A DNA stretch of 63,488 nt, filler included, from Rhabdomonas costata (taxonomy: Eukaryota), in the NCBI GenBank assembly GCA_019059605.1. It is 44 parts of 44 records of this genome, joined end to end, with 100 filler letters (N's around TTAATTAATTAA, not from the genome) between each part and the next. Parts side by side here need not be neighbours in the genome. Positions count along the whole stretch, not along the records: positions 37,580 to 38,924 come from JAHMHO010018694.1; positions 39,025 to 40,368 come from JAHMHO010018695.1; positions 40,469 to 41,813 come from JAHMHO010018696.1; positions 41,914 to 43,258 come from JAHMHO010018697.1; positions 43,359 to 44,706 come from JAHMHO010018698.1; positions 44,807 to 46,151 come from JAHMHO010018699.1; positions 46,252 to 47,595 come from JAHMHO010018700.1; positions 47,696 to 49,040 come from JAHMHO010018701.1; 36 more parts are not named here. One strand, given 5' to 3'. The notes beneath the pieces were generated by a model, which was not told the origin of the DNA, did not search any database, and worked only from the letters and a program-made list of their open reading frames with translations. Of this stretch, positions 37,913-50,197 are shown one piece after another (position 1 is the stretch's first letter; every line of letters begins with the position of its first letter). A program made the position numbers and the translations under genes.

Positions 37913-38277
37913 CTCTGCGCCAGCGCGACGTTCAGCGTGTTGCAGACGCTGCAGTCCCAGTTGTACATCCGGGCGCTCACTCTGCACTTTGAGAGGGTGG
38001 TGCACGTAAATGCGGTCTCACTCTCGAAGCTGTAGGGTCCGCCCGCGGAGAGAACCTTGAGGCGGCGCCTCACATTGTGAGGTCGGCAGAACGCACTCTC
38101 CTCAGGCCCACACGACCGCAGAAGGGAAAGCGGGGAGGAGGAGGAGGAAGGGTCCTTCCCTTCCATCCACAGGTTGACAAGAGCCTCCCGGCCCTGGCCA
38201 AATTCTTCGGCAGAGAGTAGGCCTGCTGCAGCCAACGCACGAAGTTTTCCTACGAGGTCCGTAAACGTTTCAGACAT
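37913..38277 (-). CDS. First exon of a protein with a SHOCT-like helix pair, a C-x2-H...C-x5-C finger and a RanBP2-type zinc-finger start
   Basis: MSETFTDLVGKLRALAAAGLLSAEEF; FCRPHNVRRRL...FTCTTLSKC; NWDCSVCNTLN; GT donor at 37912. Confidence 0.65.
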
Positions 38278-39412
38278 CCTCAGATAACAACAAGGTGTGG
38301 AAAAGAGGTATGGGGAAGAGCAGGACGACAAAATAAAACCGTGCACTGCAAAATCCACCCCATCCCGAGCAAAAAAGAAATCGCGGAATACCGAAGGCCA
38401 AATATTTCTATGCTTACATTCCCCAAAAGGTAGCCGAAGCCATCTGTTGACCCTGCGAAGCTGGAAAGCAGTGAACATCCTTTGACAGGTACGTGTCTGA
38501 GTGAGCAAGTTCCGACAGCATCCAGGAGAGAGTCTTGTTTTTTTAATGCGAAAGAAAGGACGGCGGCTCATGGGGGGAGGGTTGAAGTATTCCTCAAGAA
38601 GGGAACATTAGATGAAAAATGCTTTTGCACACGCAACTTCGAAAATGGTGAAACGATCACGCGTTAATCCCAAGTCATCCCACGTGGTGGCTTCTGTTGA
38701 TTGAACGCCAACGTCCGCACAGCCAAACTCAGCCTGATGCCGCTAGGCCAATCCACGAAGCAGCATTCCCCGAAGTAGTGCCGCTCTTCTTTCTTCTCAA
38801 GCCCCCGCGAGAGTCCCGCTTAACTTCAGCCCTTCCTTCCACGCGTCCGAAGAAACTCGCCAGGGATAACTCTGAGCCGAGAGCGCAACAACTACCAGCA
38901 ATTCCAAGCATCACTCGCAAACCCNNNNNNNNNNNNNNNNNNNNNNNNNNNNNNNNNNNNNNNNNNNNTTAATTAATTAANNNNNNNNNNNNNNNNNNNN
39001 NNNNNNNNNNNNNNNNNNNNNNNNGGGTGTTTTGTCTCAACACAGGTGGCCCCCTGCCATCTAAATTCACCCACTGTGCGTTACCTGTGCCGATGTCAGT
39101 GATGCAACGGCCAATTCCTAATTTTCGGTGTATTTGTAAAGATTGGTGGAGGTCTACGGGCCTGCAGAAGAGGTGCAGAGAGCTATGCAATTGCTTCCGG
39201 GAGACAATCAAAATTTAAGAGCGCACCTCGTATCGTGTTGAGACTTGTCATTCAACCACTGATTCGGATAAATTCCGATGGAAGGACAAGAACGTTAACG
39301 CATAACGCATAACGCATAACGATTACTATTGTTTTCAAAGCGGAATTGGGATGAATTCCAGTAGCAACGGCTTTTTGGACTTTTGGCCATTTCGGTTTTA
39401 TTTTGCTTTCAG

Positions 39413-40118
39413 ACGAAAGCCAGCACACTTGGGGAAGTGGAGCGCTCGCTCAAGGAGACAGGCTTTTGGCAGTCCTGGGTGGTGATCTTTGCCGGTGTGC
39501 GCACTCTTTCTGAACGAGTCATGTTTTTCAGGCGATCACCTCGAAGCATAATGCGCTTAAGGACTTTACCCCGACCTTTACCTTTTTGGCAACTATTCCA
39601 GACTTTTAACAAATGGGCGATGTGTCTGTGTGTGCAACCGTCTTTGTGAGACAGATAGAACTTTCTCAATCATCATAAGTCTTAAGTCTCGCGAGTGTTC
39701 GAGACTCCAGGCAGCTTGTCCCCAACCAGGCACCTGGGCCCCCTTGTTCCACAGGGGAAGTCCTGGTTTGAATGGGGCCACAGTCGCCTCCATCCTAACG
39801 CCTAATCGAGACCAGGGTGTTAGACCGAGATATGGATTCGAGTCTGTTCGGTGTCTGACACTATCCGTACCAGTGTCACACCCAGCTCAGTGTGTGTGCA
39901 ACCGATGGAATGTGGGCTTGGTTTCAGACGAGGGCTGGGAGACTATCCCCACGCTTCACCGAGAGCTCCTTCACTTCCTGTGGCACCCGCATGCCAATTT
40001 GGAGACAAAGATGTATCCCACCATTGTGCTGGTCTGGGGGCACACCAGCCACGAGAAGCCCGCCAAAGGCCAAGTCCATTCCCTGCAAGAGCAGTACGAG
40101 TCGTACCTCTACGTCAAG
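39413..40118 (+). CDS. Partial gene of unknown family with a Walker-B-like VVIFADE motif (exons 39413-39494, 39928-40118)
   Basis: A phase-1 GT-AG intron joins ...WQSWVVIFA|DEGWETIPTLHRELLHFLWHP...PTIVLVWG...; paralogous exon at 2623-2704. Confidence 0.7.
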
Positions 40119-43100
40119 GTTTTCGCTCTTCCTTTATTCCTTCAGTTTTGTGACAACATGGGGCGGGATCTTCAAAAAAATGGGCACGGCGTTAATGGTA
40201 GATTTCGACCGAATGATGGCGGTGCGACGGATTTGTGCTAGTCTTTTTGTGTTCTCTGGATGTGTCGTGCAGAAAAAGCATTTGCGGCGATTTTAAACCC
40301 CCCTCCACTGCCAAACGCGTCTGCCCACCCTAAAAGCTCAACATGTCTCTTTATCTTCCAACACCAACNNNNNNNNNNNNNNNNNNNNNNNNNNNNNNNN
40401 NNNNNNNNNNNNTTAATTAATTAANNNNNNNNNNNNNNNNNNNNNNNNNNNNNNNNNNNNNNNNNNNNGGGGGTGTTGGGTGTATTTAGTGAGTCATTTA
40501 AACAGAACTGTACAGACTATGTTAAAACATGTCTTAGACATGTTGTTAACAAAAAAGATCATGTTTGTTGCAATTATTATTGTGATCAAACAACAAGCTG
40601 TCTAACAACAGCATTTCACAACTCTCCTCTTCAAAAGTGCCATTCTTGCTGTTTTTCTGAAAGCCAAGCCGTCAGAATACCAGATACCAAATTTCTGCCA
40701 CAGGACCACGCACAAGTACTTGAATGCTGCTGGGATTCGGTGTTGACAAAACCAGTCAGCAAGAGAGATTGTTCCGTCCTGTATTAAGGAACCAAGGGAT
40801 GTTGAAAAGTCATGTTGCACAAGCACAATCATGTGTCGTTCAAGAGAATCGACAAAGCTCGACAATCCCTCCGATTTTATGATTTTGAATTAATTAGAAT
40901 ATATCGGAGTTGTCACGAAAAAATATTGATGTGTTTCCATTTACGATGGCTGCTCGTCGAGGGAATGCTCCAGTCAACCCACTAGTGGTTCCTCGTCCTC
41001 GTGATTGTTCTGTAATTCGCGCTCTTAACAGAGCGCTTGCCTGCGATCGTAGAATGAGTGCTTCTGCAACACTGGTTCCTTCGGCGACGCAAAGTCGGCT
41101 TGCGGAGATTCAAGCAGCGAATGCCCTGGGAGCTCAGACGCTGCCTGCTCCTTTGATCACACCAAGTCTGTCGCCCCTATGGTGGACCCCTTAGACGGTC
41201 ACGGTGGCCTCCTGTATTGGGTGTGGGCGGCGGACCATTGCGGTGGACTGTATCCACCGCCAGAGCGATCAAAGCCCTCACGGCAAAGGATCTGTTTGAG
41301 AACGTAGACACGGCTCCGGCCGTCTTGGCGGCCATGTGTTCTCCCGTCCCTCCCCTCCACGAAGATTGCACGGCACGTCCCCTACTACTATCAACAGCAG
41401 AAATACAACCACTGAAGCAGCCATTGCACACGTCGAGGCAATTGGCACAAATCCCCTTGCCCCGCCGACGATGTGCAAAAGGCAATCGACTCCAGACAAG
41501 CCCCACGCCGGAAACCGAAGATCAGGAGAGGCCAATACGTGTCGCCTGCTACCACGCTCTCGAGATGCGTTACGCCATGGTTCCGCGGCCGCCCTGAGCT
41601 TTGGATGAACAGGGATGACCAGCCGCTCCGTGCAGGGAGTACTGCGGCTGCTTGTCCAGAGGGGCCCTCCGCCTCACCACCTCTCGACAGAGCTGGCCCG
41701 CCAGAGCCAAAGACAAGCAGCGGAGTGAATAAGAGGCGTGGAAAGTAGACCCAGATTCCAACTGGTGAATATTATGCTCTGCATATTTCCAACAGTTCCG
41801 GTCCACCACCACANNNNNNNNNNNNNNNNNNNNNNNNNNNNNNNNNNNNNNNNNNNNTTAATTAATTAANNNNNNNNNNNNNNNNNNNNNNNNNNNNNNN
41901 NNNNNNNNNNNNNCTTCAGAGCAAGCTGGGGTTCCCATCAAAGTTCGGGAGGCTCTTCGGGCCGAGTGCAAAAGTTCGGCCACTGAAAGAACGAAAAGAA
42001 GGAAACAAACCAATGAAGGGAAGAAAATATCATCGAGGCCGGAGGGCGGTATGGAGAAATTGCCGGACCCTCCACTGTAAGCGCCTTGTGTGCACCACAG
42101 TAATTTGAAACCGCAGCGAAGCGACAGGTGTGGGGCAGTCTGGTGCTCCTGACCTTTCCCCGCAAGGACACCCTCAACCCATTAAAGGGCTTAAAATCGC
42201 CTCCAGATCTCTGGGAGTTTGGGTTAACACCAAAGTGCAATTGTGTTTTTTTGGGGCGGCGGCCGTACGCATACAACACGCACACGCACACGCACGCGCA
42301 GACGCAGACGCAGACGCACAATTTGTGCATTTGACGTGGGTAAACCCTGGGGAAAGACTCGCGCTTCTCGTCCGGTCCCCACCCAGCGATGGGGCATGTG
42401 TCCATTGGGCCTCACCCCCTTCTCTGTCTCCACTCGCCTCGCTGCCTCACGTTGCTCTCCCCTGCCTCACAGGAGGCTCGTTTCTACCTCGGGACCTACG
42501 ACCGATGGTGCACACGGGGTCTTGCGAACCCCGACTGGCGCGTTTGGAGTACTCTTCCTCTGGGCCCAACCCTCCCTGCTCGGACACCCCGGTTGGCCTG
42601 CAGGTCCCCATAAAGACCTTGCGTAAAACCTGGGTCCTGCCTCTGTGTGCGGCGTTCTTTCTGTCAGTGTACTTCCCTTCACTTCCCAGCACTGCTTCCC
42701 ACCTGCTTGGACTGGTCGCCGTGGGTCGCTCCCTTCTCTCGTGGTCTCCTCTGCCCATTCCGGGCCCCACCTTCCCATCCCATTCTTCTCATGCTTTATC
42801 GCTTGGTTTTGGCATCCAACCCATTCTCGGCTTCACTTGCTACCACCCATTTCTGCTGCTCTCCTCTCTTCGCGACGCTGCGTCTTTGCTGCACACACAC
42901 ACAATTTGTACATGGCACAACTTCGTTGGTTCGTTCGGAGTTTTCCCCGGCGGGCTTCTGATCGATTCAGCCGCCTCTGGCGGCTGCTTTGGATGGAATG
43001 GCCACCCCTCCCTCTTCTCCTGGGCGGGGGTCCTTAGTAATCCTCCTCGTGCATTAGAATCGCTGTTGCATTAGTATTGATGGGCACCCAACCCTCTGCG

Positions 43101-46065
43101 GTTGCCCAGCTCTTCAGCTTTTGGAGTTTGGCCTCAATCGCTGACACCTTGTTCTTCTCGTCGTCCGTTGGCTTTCCGCTCTCCTCCTTGGGGCACCCAC
43201 TTGCCATCGGAATTTCGCTCATTCCGTGGCTTGGTGCCTTTCTTTGCTACCACACCCCNNNNNNNNNNNNNNNNNNNNNNNNNNNNNNNNNNNNNNNNNN
43301 NNTTAATTAATTAANNNNNNNNNNNNNNNNNNNNNNNNNNNNNNNNNNNNNNNNNNNNGGGGGGGGGGGGGATGCGAGCGAAAAGAAAAGGCCAAGCTTT
43401 TGGGCATGCCTCTCTCGGCAGTAGGCCTCGTCCTAAGCTGCTTGCAGCTTGTTAAAATCAGCGTGGTAATGGGAGCCCTACGGGTGAGAGTGACTCTGAC
43501 ATTACCCTGAAGCCGTTGAAGCCATTTTTTTGCGGTGAGTCGACCTCTTGTGCCGACGTCATGTCACTCCATGTCACCAACATCTCGCACGGGAGCAGCT
43601 CATCGTGATGGTGCAACCCTGCAAAATTCGAAATTCAAAAGAATCCAGTCAATACCTGATGGGCGATGAGCCATTTGGCACCCCTCTGCATAAAACCCTA
43701 CGTTGTGAAAGCCCAGCACAGAGCTGGAACGAGCGAACCTCATTACACACCTAACAACTGCGAGGTCAGGGTGAAACCCGCAGCGGCGAGGGGCTCGACA
43801 AGATGGCCCAGCTTACAATGCTCCCCGTATACCGAGACCACGTATGACGACAACAGCTCCGACAGGGTTTCCGGAACCCCTCCTGAAGAGAGTGCGCAGG
43901 TGGGAAAAGCGGAGGCCATAAATCAGGAATGAACTATGATCCGCAGGTTGGTTAATTCTATCGCTGCCTGTTGGCTAAAGGACGGGAAAGGCTGCACCCC
44001 AGCCCAATTTTGGTAGCCTCGAACCACAGAGAGGCAAAAGTTGACGCTAGCAGCACCGTAGCACTTCTAACATGGAACCAAGCGGTATCTGGAATCCAGA
44101 ACGTGTTCGGTGTTTACTAGCAGAAAGAGAGGTAGAAAAGGGGGATTAAATAACGAAACTGCAGTCACAGGCCAATGACTAAAAGCGCTGTCGGCTCATC
44201 GGATGCATAAGAGGGTGGGGGGTGGGGGATCATACGTGATAAAAGGGTAGTCATCCTGAGCTGCAACAATTCCAAGGTGAGCTCTCACACCACTTCCAAC
44301 CAAGGCAGCTGCAGGCAAAGCGGAGCAACTGCGGTCTCCACCACGAAAGAACTAGGGAGGCACCCCCGGTGACATATGGTCTCTACTGCAACAGCCCCCC
44401 TCACCGGAACAGTGAAAAGGGCGAAAATCAAAAAGATCGTGAGGACCGGTGGGCGAGAGATGGTAAAAAAAAATAAGAAGCAACAAAAAGGGAAAAAGAC
44501 CTGCAAGGGGGGGGGGAGAGGGAAGAAGCTCATCTTCCTGTTCCGTGAACGTAAGCCCGTAGGCATAAGCACGGGGTATCATGCCAACATAATCTTTTAA
44601 AGGCCTTTTTTCCTCACAGATCGGGCGATTTCAACCCTTCTGCCTTCCCTTCACGCCAGTGAGCACCTCTCATTTCCCGTCACCCCTGCCATTTGCTTTC
44701 ACGAACNNNNNNNNNNNNNNNNNNNNNNNNNNNNNNNNNNNNNNNNNNNNTTAATTAATTAANNNNNNNNNNNNNNNNNNNNNNNNNNNNNNNNNNNNNN
44801 NNNNNNTTTTTTTCTGAAAAAGATCGACCTAGTACAGTAAATTTTAAAATTCAGTGCTCGCTTGTGTCCTTGACCTGCATGCTTATTTATTTTTCTGCTT
44901 GCGATAGTCTTCGACATAATTGACCGCAACTTGCTGCAAAGAGATGCAGAAGAAAAATTCGAAGACGTTGCAGCGAGGTCTGGGGGGTCTTCCGGTGAGT
45001 GCAGAGCGTGAGGAACGAAAAGAGCTCCACTGACCTGCAAACTTCTGCCGTAGCGCCGTTACCAGTGTCGCTGGAGCTTGCGCTGATGGGTGCAATGGGC
45101 TGGTAACTGCGACATCCAGGGCAGCCGGGAAGCCAGATGAAGTGTTGGAAGTGCCCACAAGCCACGCTTGGAACAGGAAACCTCATACGCAGCCGCCACC
45201 GTAGTGAAACCTGCCAGTCTGAAGACCGCCACGGAGAAGCCGGATGCAGCGGCGACGGCGCAGTGAGCCAAGCTTGCCCCAGAGCACCCCTCGCGCAGGT
45301 CGCTGAGCCGCTGGGATGGTAGTGGAGAGAATGTCCACACTGAAGTTGTACTGCGCATCAGCCCAATTCTTCTGCTCGTACCAGCTTTCAAACTCGGGTT
45401 GAGCACCGACTTCTGCGCTCAAAGGCAGTCCCACCTCGAGAAACGGGCGTGCTGTTCCGACAGAGGTGCCCCGACCACACCATTCAGCTTCCTTGAAAGC
45501 CTCGTTTGGTCTGCTAGAGAGGTGCCTGTCGAACGAAAGGGTTCGAAGACGGGTCACACGGCAGACACGCAGGCAACTGCAAATGAAAGGCCCCAAACGA
45601 ATCCGCGAGCAGTGAAAGCCGTCTCAGCGCTTCGGATAGTAGTATTTTGCATCCAAATCAGCAAATTCATATAGGGCGAAATCGTGGACACCTGGTACAA
45701 ACGCCCCACATACCGATGGGACTATCCCCAGGACTAGCACCTTTTTTTGACACTCGACTATCATTATATTGATACGCAATTGCAGAAAATTTGGCACTCG
45801 CGCAAGTTGTCACAGACTTTGGCACTCCTTTTCATTTGCGAAGCAGGAATGTTTTCAGGGCGCCGAGCATTTTCTTGGTAAAGGTCACACTCGTGGGAGG
45901 CGTGGGACGCCTCGTAATCCGTGAAAACGTGTAAACTGTGCTTTCCATAGTTTTTCTTGAAAGACTATGACGCCAGTTCAAGCCCGCCACACCGCCGCAT
46001 TCTTTTCTCACTCGTTGCTGTCAATCCAGTCTTTCCATTCTTTCATATTTCATCTCTTCTCCAAG

Positions 46066-46146
46066 ATGGCTGCCAAGGTAGATCAGCGTGAGAGCAACAT
46101 GAACACCGACATGGAGAAAGAAATGGTGGAAGACGCACTGGAACAA
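46066..46146 (+). CDS. Dynein light chain (LC8 family), N-terminal fragment
   Basis: MAAKVDQRESNMNTDMEKEMVEDALEQ fits x-DM-x-x-EM-x-x-DA; truncated by the contig end. Confidence 0.6.
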
Positions 46147-46533
46147 CACCCNNNNNNNNNNNNNNNNNNNNNNNNNNNNNNNNNNNNNNNNNNNNTTAAT
46201 TAATTAANNNNNNNNNNNNNNNNNNNNNNNNNNNNNNNNNNNNNNNNNNNNTTGTGGGGGTCACCGCGCTTTGTAAACAACACCAATTACTCGATGAGGT
46301 ATTGCCCATGTCGTCATTCATTTTGCGCTCTTACTATGTTTGGCGTGTAAAAAGACATGAAGTGCTGTTGTTTCAAATATTCCAAGGAAACCGGAAATAT
46401 GGGTAACCTCTGCAGCGGAATCGATTCGCTGTATATGTCACGGGCTCGCGCAATGTCACGCCACCGTCTTGGGATGGAATTCCTTGGGGACTTGTGAGTT
46501 TCTTTGGTGCGCGGCAAAGTGCCACTTGCAAAG

Positions 46534-47569
46534 GTGGGTTTCCCTCGAGTTGGCGGTGGTGGGGTTGCGCAGGTACGTGATCCGAGTGAACCACTACGCC
46601 CAGCAGTACATGAATCCCCCTGTGGGGTGCACCGGGGTTCCCACTCAGATAGTCATGGCCAATGCACTAATCGCAGCCATGAATGCGGTACGCACGTCTG
46701 TTGGTTGTCTGCATGTGGTTTTTTGTTTGTTCTTTAAGACCGGTTTTGACGCTGTTTAAACTGACGGGTTAGCATGAAGCAACTGCCGTCATAAGGTTGG
46801 AGGTGGGGAGGGCAATTAGGAATGGAAAAGGAGGAAAGAGGTAATAGTTGGGTAGTAGCTGAGACGTTGTCCATGTACCAAACTGGGTGCTTGCATAGTG
46901 GATGAACGTGGTTGTGGTTGTGGTGTCAGTCATGGGATACAGCCTCCACCACGCTGTCTGTGCATGAGCGTGTCCACCATTATGTGTCCGACTAGGTCAT
47001 TATGGCAGCCAAGGGGTTCCTCCTGAAGACTGGGCTGGTGGGAATGGCCTACCTGAACCAGCCCTCCGACATCAACCTGATGGAGACCCTGGGGTCGTTC
47101 TTCTTTCCGATCATCTTCATCTTCCCCATCCCTTTCTTCTGCTACCACATCGTCTTCGAGAAGGAGTTCCGAATCCGCGAGCTGTGCAAGCTGAATGCGA
47201 TGAAGATGCGGCACTACTGGTGCCCTCTCCCTCACTCCCTTTCCCCATCAGACAAGGTTGGTTTATATGTGATCCGTGGCCATTAATTTGGTTCTTTCAG
47301 GTTCAGAACGTTCTGCGGCAAGGAAACCTTTCGAAGGCGATTTTGCTTCCTAGCCGAAGGATATTATTACGCACCAACATTTTTATTTAGAGAAATGATT
47401 TTTTAACGTAAACATATTTGACTACCACCTCATTTGTGTTCATGTCTTTTCCCCCACACGTTCTCGCTGACTTGGTCAAATTCCGTACAGGCTTGCCAAC
47501 GCCATCTATGACATTGTGATGTACCTGGGCATCTGCGTGGTCTTCTGGATTATCTTGCTCATCTTCAAG
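46534..47569 (+). CDS. ABCA-family ABC transporter membrane domain (exons 46534-46687, 46996-47219, 47491-47569)
   Basis: FFFPIIFIFPIPFFCYHIVFEKEFRIRELCKLNAMKMRHYW|LANAIYD; all GT-AG junctions are in phase. Confidence 0.85.
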
Positions 47570-48492
47570 GTTGGACGCGTGCACAATTGCTAGCGNNNNN
47601 NNNNNNNNNNNNNNNNNNNNNNNNNNNNNNNNNNNNNNNTTAATTAATTAANNNNNNNNNNNNNNNNNNNNNNNNNNNNNNNNNNNNNNNNNNNNTGTGG
47701 GTTTTAATGTTGACACCACCTACCATCTGCTTGCATTGTGGTTTTGTGGTTGCACTTGGTTTTCTTCTTTTCGCTTGCCCGCAGGATGGGGGAACAGGGT
47801 TTTTCATACCCTGAACGCCTTTCTTCTGGGAATGCAACGCTTCCACTTTTATGGATGGGACCTTCGACCCAGGTAACTTCGACAGTCCTCAGCCAATGAT
47901 TTTACTCTTGGGAGCGGTAAACTCACACCGACTCGCATTAAATGATCAGAGCGACTTTGTTACAATGATCGTTGAAATGGGGGCGTTCTCGCAATGATCC
48001 CCGAAATGTCCTAGCAGGTCTTCCAGCAAGCTGTTTTTGTGATTTAGCCTTGGTGGCGGTTGTCAAAAGGGTTACGAGATACCCACCTGTTTTCTGGTCG
48101 CATCCAGAGTTTATTTTTGCTGATATCTTTCCTTTCCCATGTGACCTGCTGAGGATCTCCACCTTCAGCTGAGCAAAGCCGTTGCGTAGACCTGAACCGA
48201 ATCGATGACTGCAGTCCTTCTTCTCGGTATGTGGTAATGTCGTGTCTGGTGCTTCTGGCCTTATGAACCACCAGGAAATACCATGAGAACCGAGAACCCG
48301 TGGTAGGGCATCTCATACACGCAAGTCCCAAGCCCAGGCAGCAGCGCTTGGGCATCACGGGCATCACGGGAGTTGCTTCAGGTGGCAGGCCCATTATCGG
48401 GCGCTCGAGGAGCCGGAGAAAGTTTGTAGTCTGGGAAAGTCAATGGAAACGTGGAAACCACTTTCCCTATTCCTTGGGAGGTCGCCGTCATA

Positions 48493-48940
48493 ATGTTATT
48501 ACGTCCGCTGCTGGCGCGCTGCAGGGCTGATCTTTGGGGGAGCGGTGCTGTACGCCCTTCGGCTGCTCTATGTATGCCGATGCCTTTTCTCCTTCTCACC
48601 GTCCCTTTTGAACCTCTCTCTTTTCTCTCCTTCTCTGTTGCAATGGATTGGGCGCATTGCATTGCGCTTGCCAGCGAATCCATGCCACTCCTCAGCATGA
48701 CACTTGCGATTCTATTTGAATACCTGTGCAACCTGGGCTATTGCACAAGAAGACAAATGCCTCGGGTCCGCTGCATCTGAATTCCTCACTGCACTACCCG
48801 AACAAGATGGTGCGCTTCTTCATGGAGGAAGCATGGCTGTGTCTCCGAACAGGTCAGCTGGGTCTCCTTGAGCCGCACCAAGCTGGCGGCCAGCTACGAC
48901 TACGTTATCGTGGGTGCGGGCTCCGCGGGCTGCGTCGTTG
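48493..48940 (+). CDS. GMC oxidoreductase (choline dehydrogenase-like) N-terminus (exon 48853-48940; probable first exon 48493-48549)
   Basis: YDYVIVGAGSAGCVV FAD-binding motif. Upstream MLLRPLLARCR resembles a mitochondrial presequence (less certain). Confidence 0.85.
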
Positions 48941-49161
48941 GTGTGTCGGACGGGGGCAGGTGCCCTGAGCACATCAGCTTCTTCTTCGGTTCGCCGCTTG
49001 TTAGCAAAAGATTTGTCAAAGATTATGCCCCACCACCCCCNNNNNNNNNNNNNNNNNNNNNNNNNNNNNNNNNNNNNNNNNNNNTTAATTAATTAANNNN
49101 NNNNNNNNNNNNNNNNNNNNNNNNNNNNNNNNNNNNNNNNTTTTGGGGGGGGGCTGCCCAG

Positions 49162-50197
49162 GTCCTGTGCTCACGGTACCCCATCTCCGTGATCGCGAAG
49201 GATTTCAACGATGCGTTCATGGAGTACGGCGGGGAGCGCGCTCACAAGCTGCTCGGGGAGACGAAGAACTCCGTGCTGGTGTGCAAGGTATTCGGGGTGT
49301 TCAACGCCCTCGTGAACAAGGGTATGAAGGGCCGGGACACCGTGATTAAGCAGATGGCTCCCTCGCACGCCAAGCTGGGCCTCATGGACTCGGACTGGGA
49401 TGCATTCAGCCGGGCCACCCTCTCCGTGATTGAGGTCTGGCTTTTCTCTTCTTTTCCCCTCTCTCCCGGCCAACTTCAAAGCAAACAGACAACAGCTGCT
49501 GCTGCTGCCACCGCCAGTTTTTTTCAGATACAGAAACTGTGGTTTTGCGACTATGCATAACCCTTTCCTTACCTTAGTGCAGGACACTTAATACATTTTT
49601 ATCTGTGCATTTCCTACTGCTTACGCATACTCTCTCACCCATTACTTGTGGCCGAATAGAAACGAAAAACCCCTTGCTTGCCTACCCTACTGTGATGTGG
49701 TGGACTTTGCTCTTTCAGCCTCATCCAAAACGAAAAATTTGTGGTAGAAATTAGTGTTGTATAATATCATTCTGCCGATGGCAGAGCTTTATCCTTCGTC
49801 GCGTGTTACATTATCTGTGCACTTTGTTCCTGTATCCCCTGGTTGGTTCTAGTTTTGGTCGTTTATGAACGTGATCAACCTTGAGACTTGTCGTTTGATT
49901 GTCCTTCTATGGTCCGCTGGAAACGGCGGAACTTTTGGTCGTGCTCGCACTGGACTGTATCCCTCATCGTTGCCTGATCTTGCTTACCTTCATTTCCCTT
50001 CTTCTTTGTTCTTCCAGAAGCGTCTTGCTCCGGAATGGGAGGATGCTCGTGAGCCCTGGACCACCGCCATCAACCTGCTGGTCTTCCGGATGCGCCAGGC
50101 GATCAACGAGCACCTCACCAGGCTCTCGCTGCGGGAGCTCTCTCTGCCAGCTTCCCTCTCCACGGCCTCCAGCGGCAACGACAAGGCATCGCCATAA
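49162..50197 (+). CDS. C-terminal globin domain (exons 49162-49434, 50018-50197)
   Basis: IKQMAPSHAKLGLMDSDWDAFSRATLSVIE|KRLAPEWEDAREPWTTAINLLVFRM fits the F-helix proximal His and the G and H helix pattern of 3/3 globins; ends at TAA. Confidence 0.75.
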
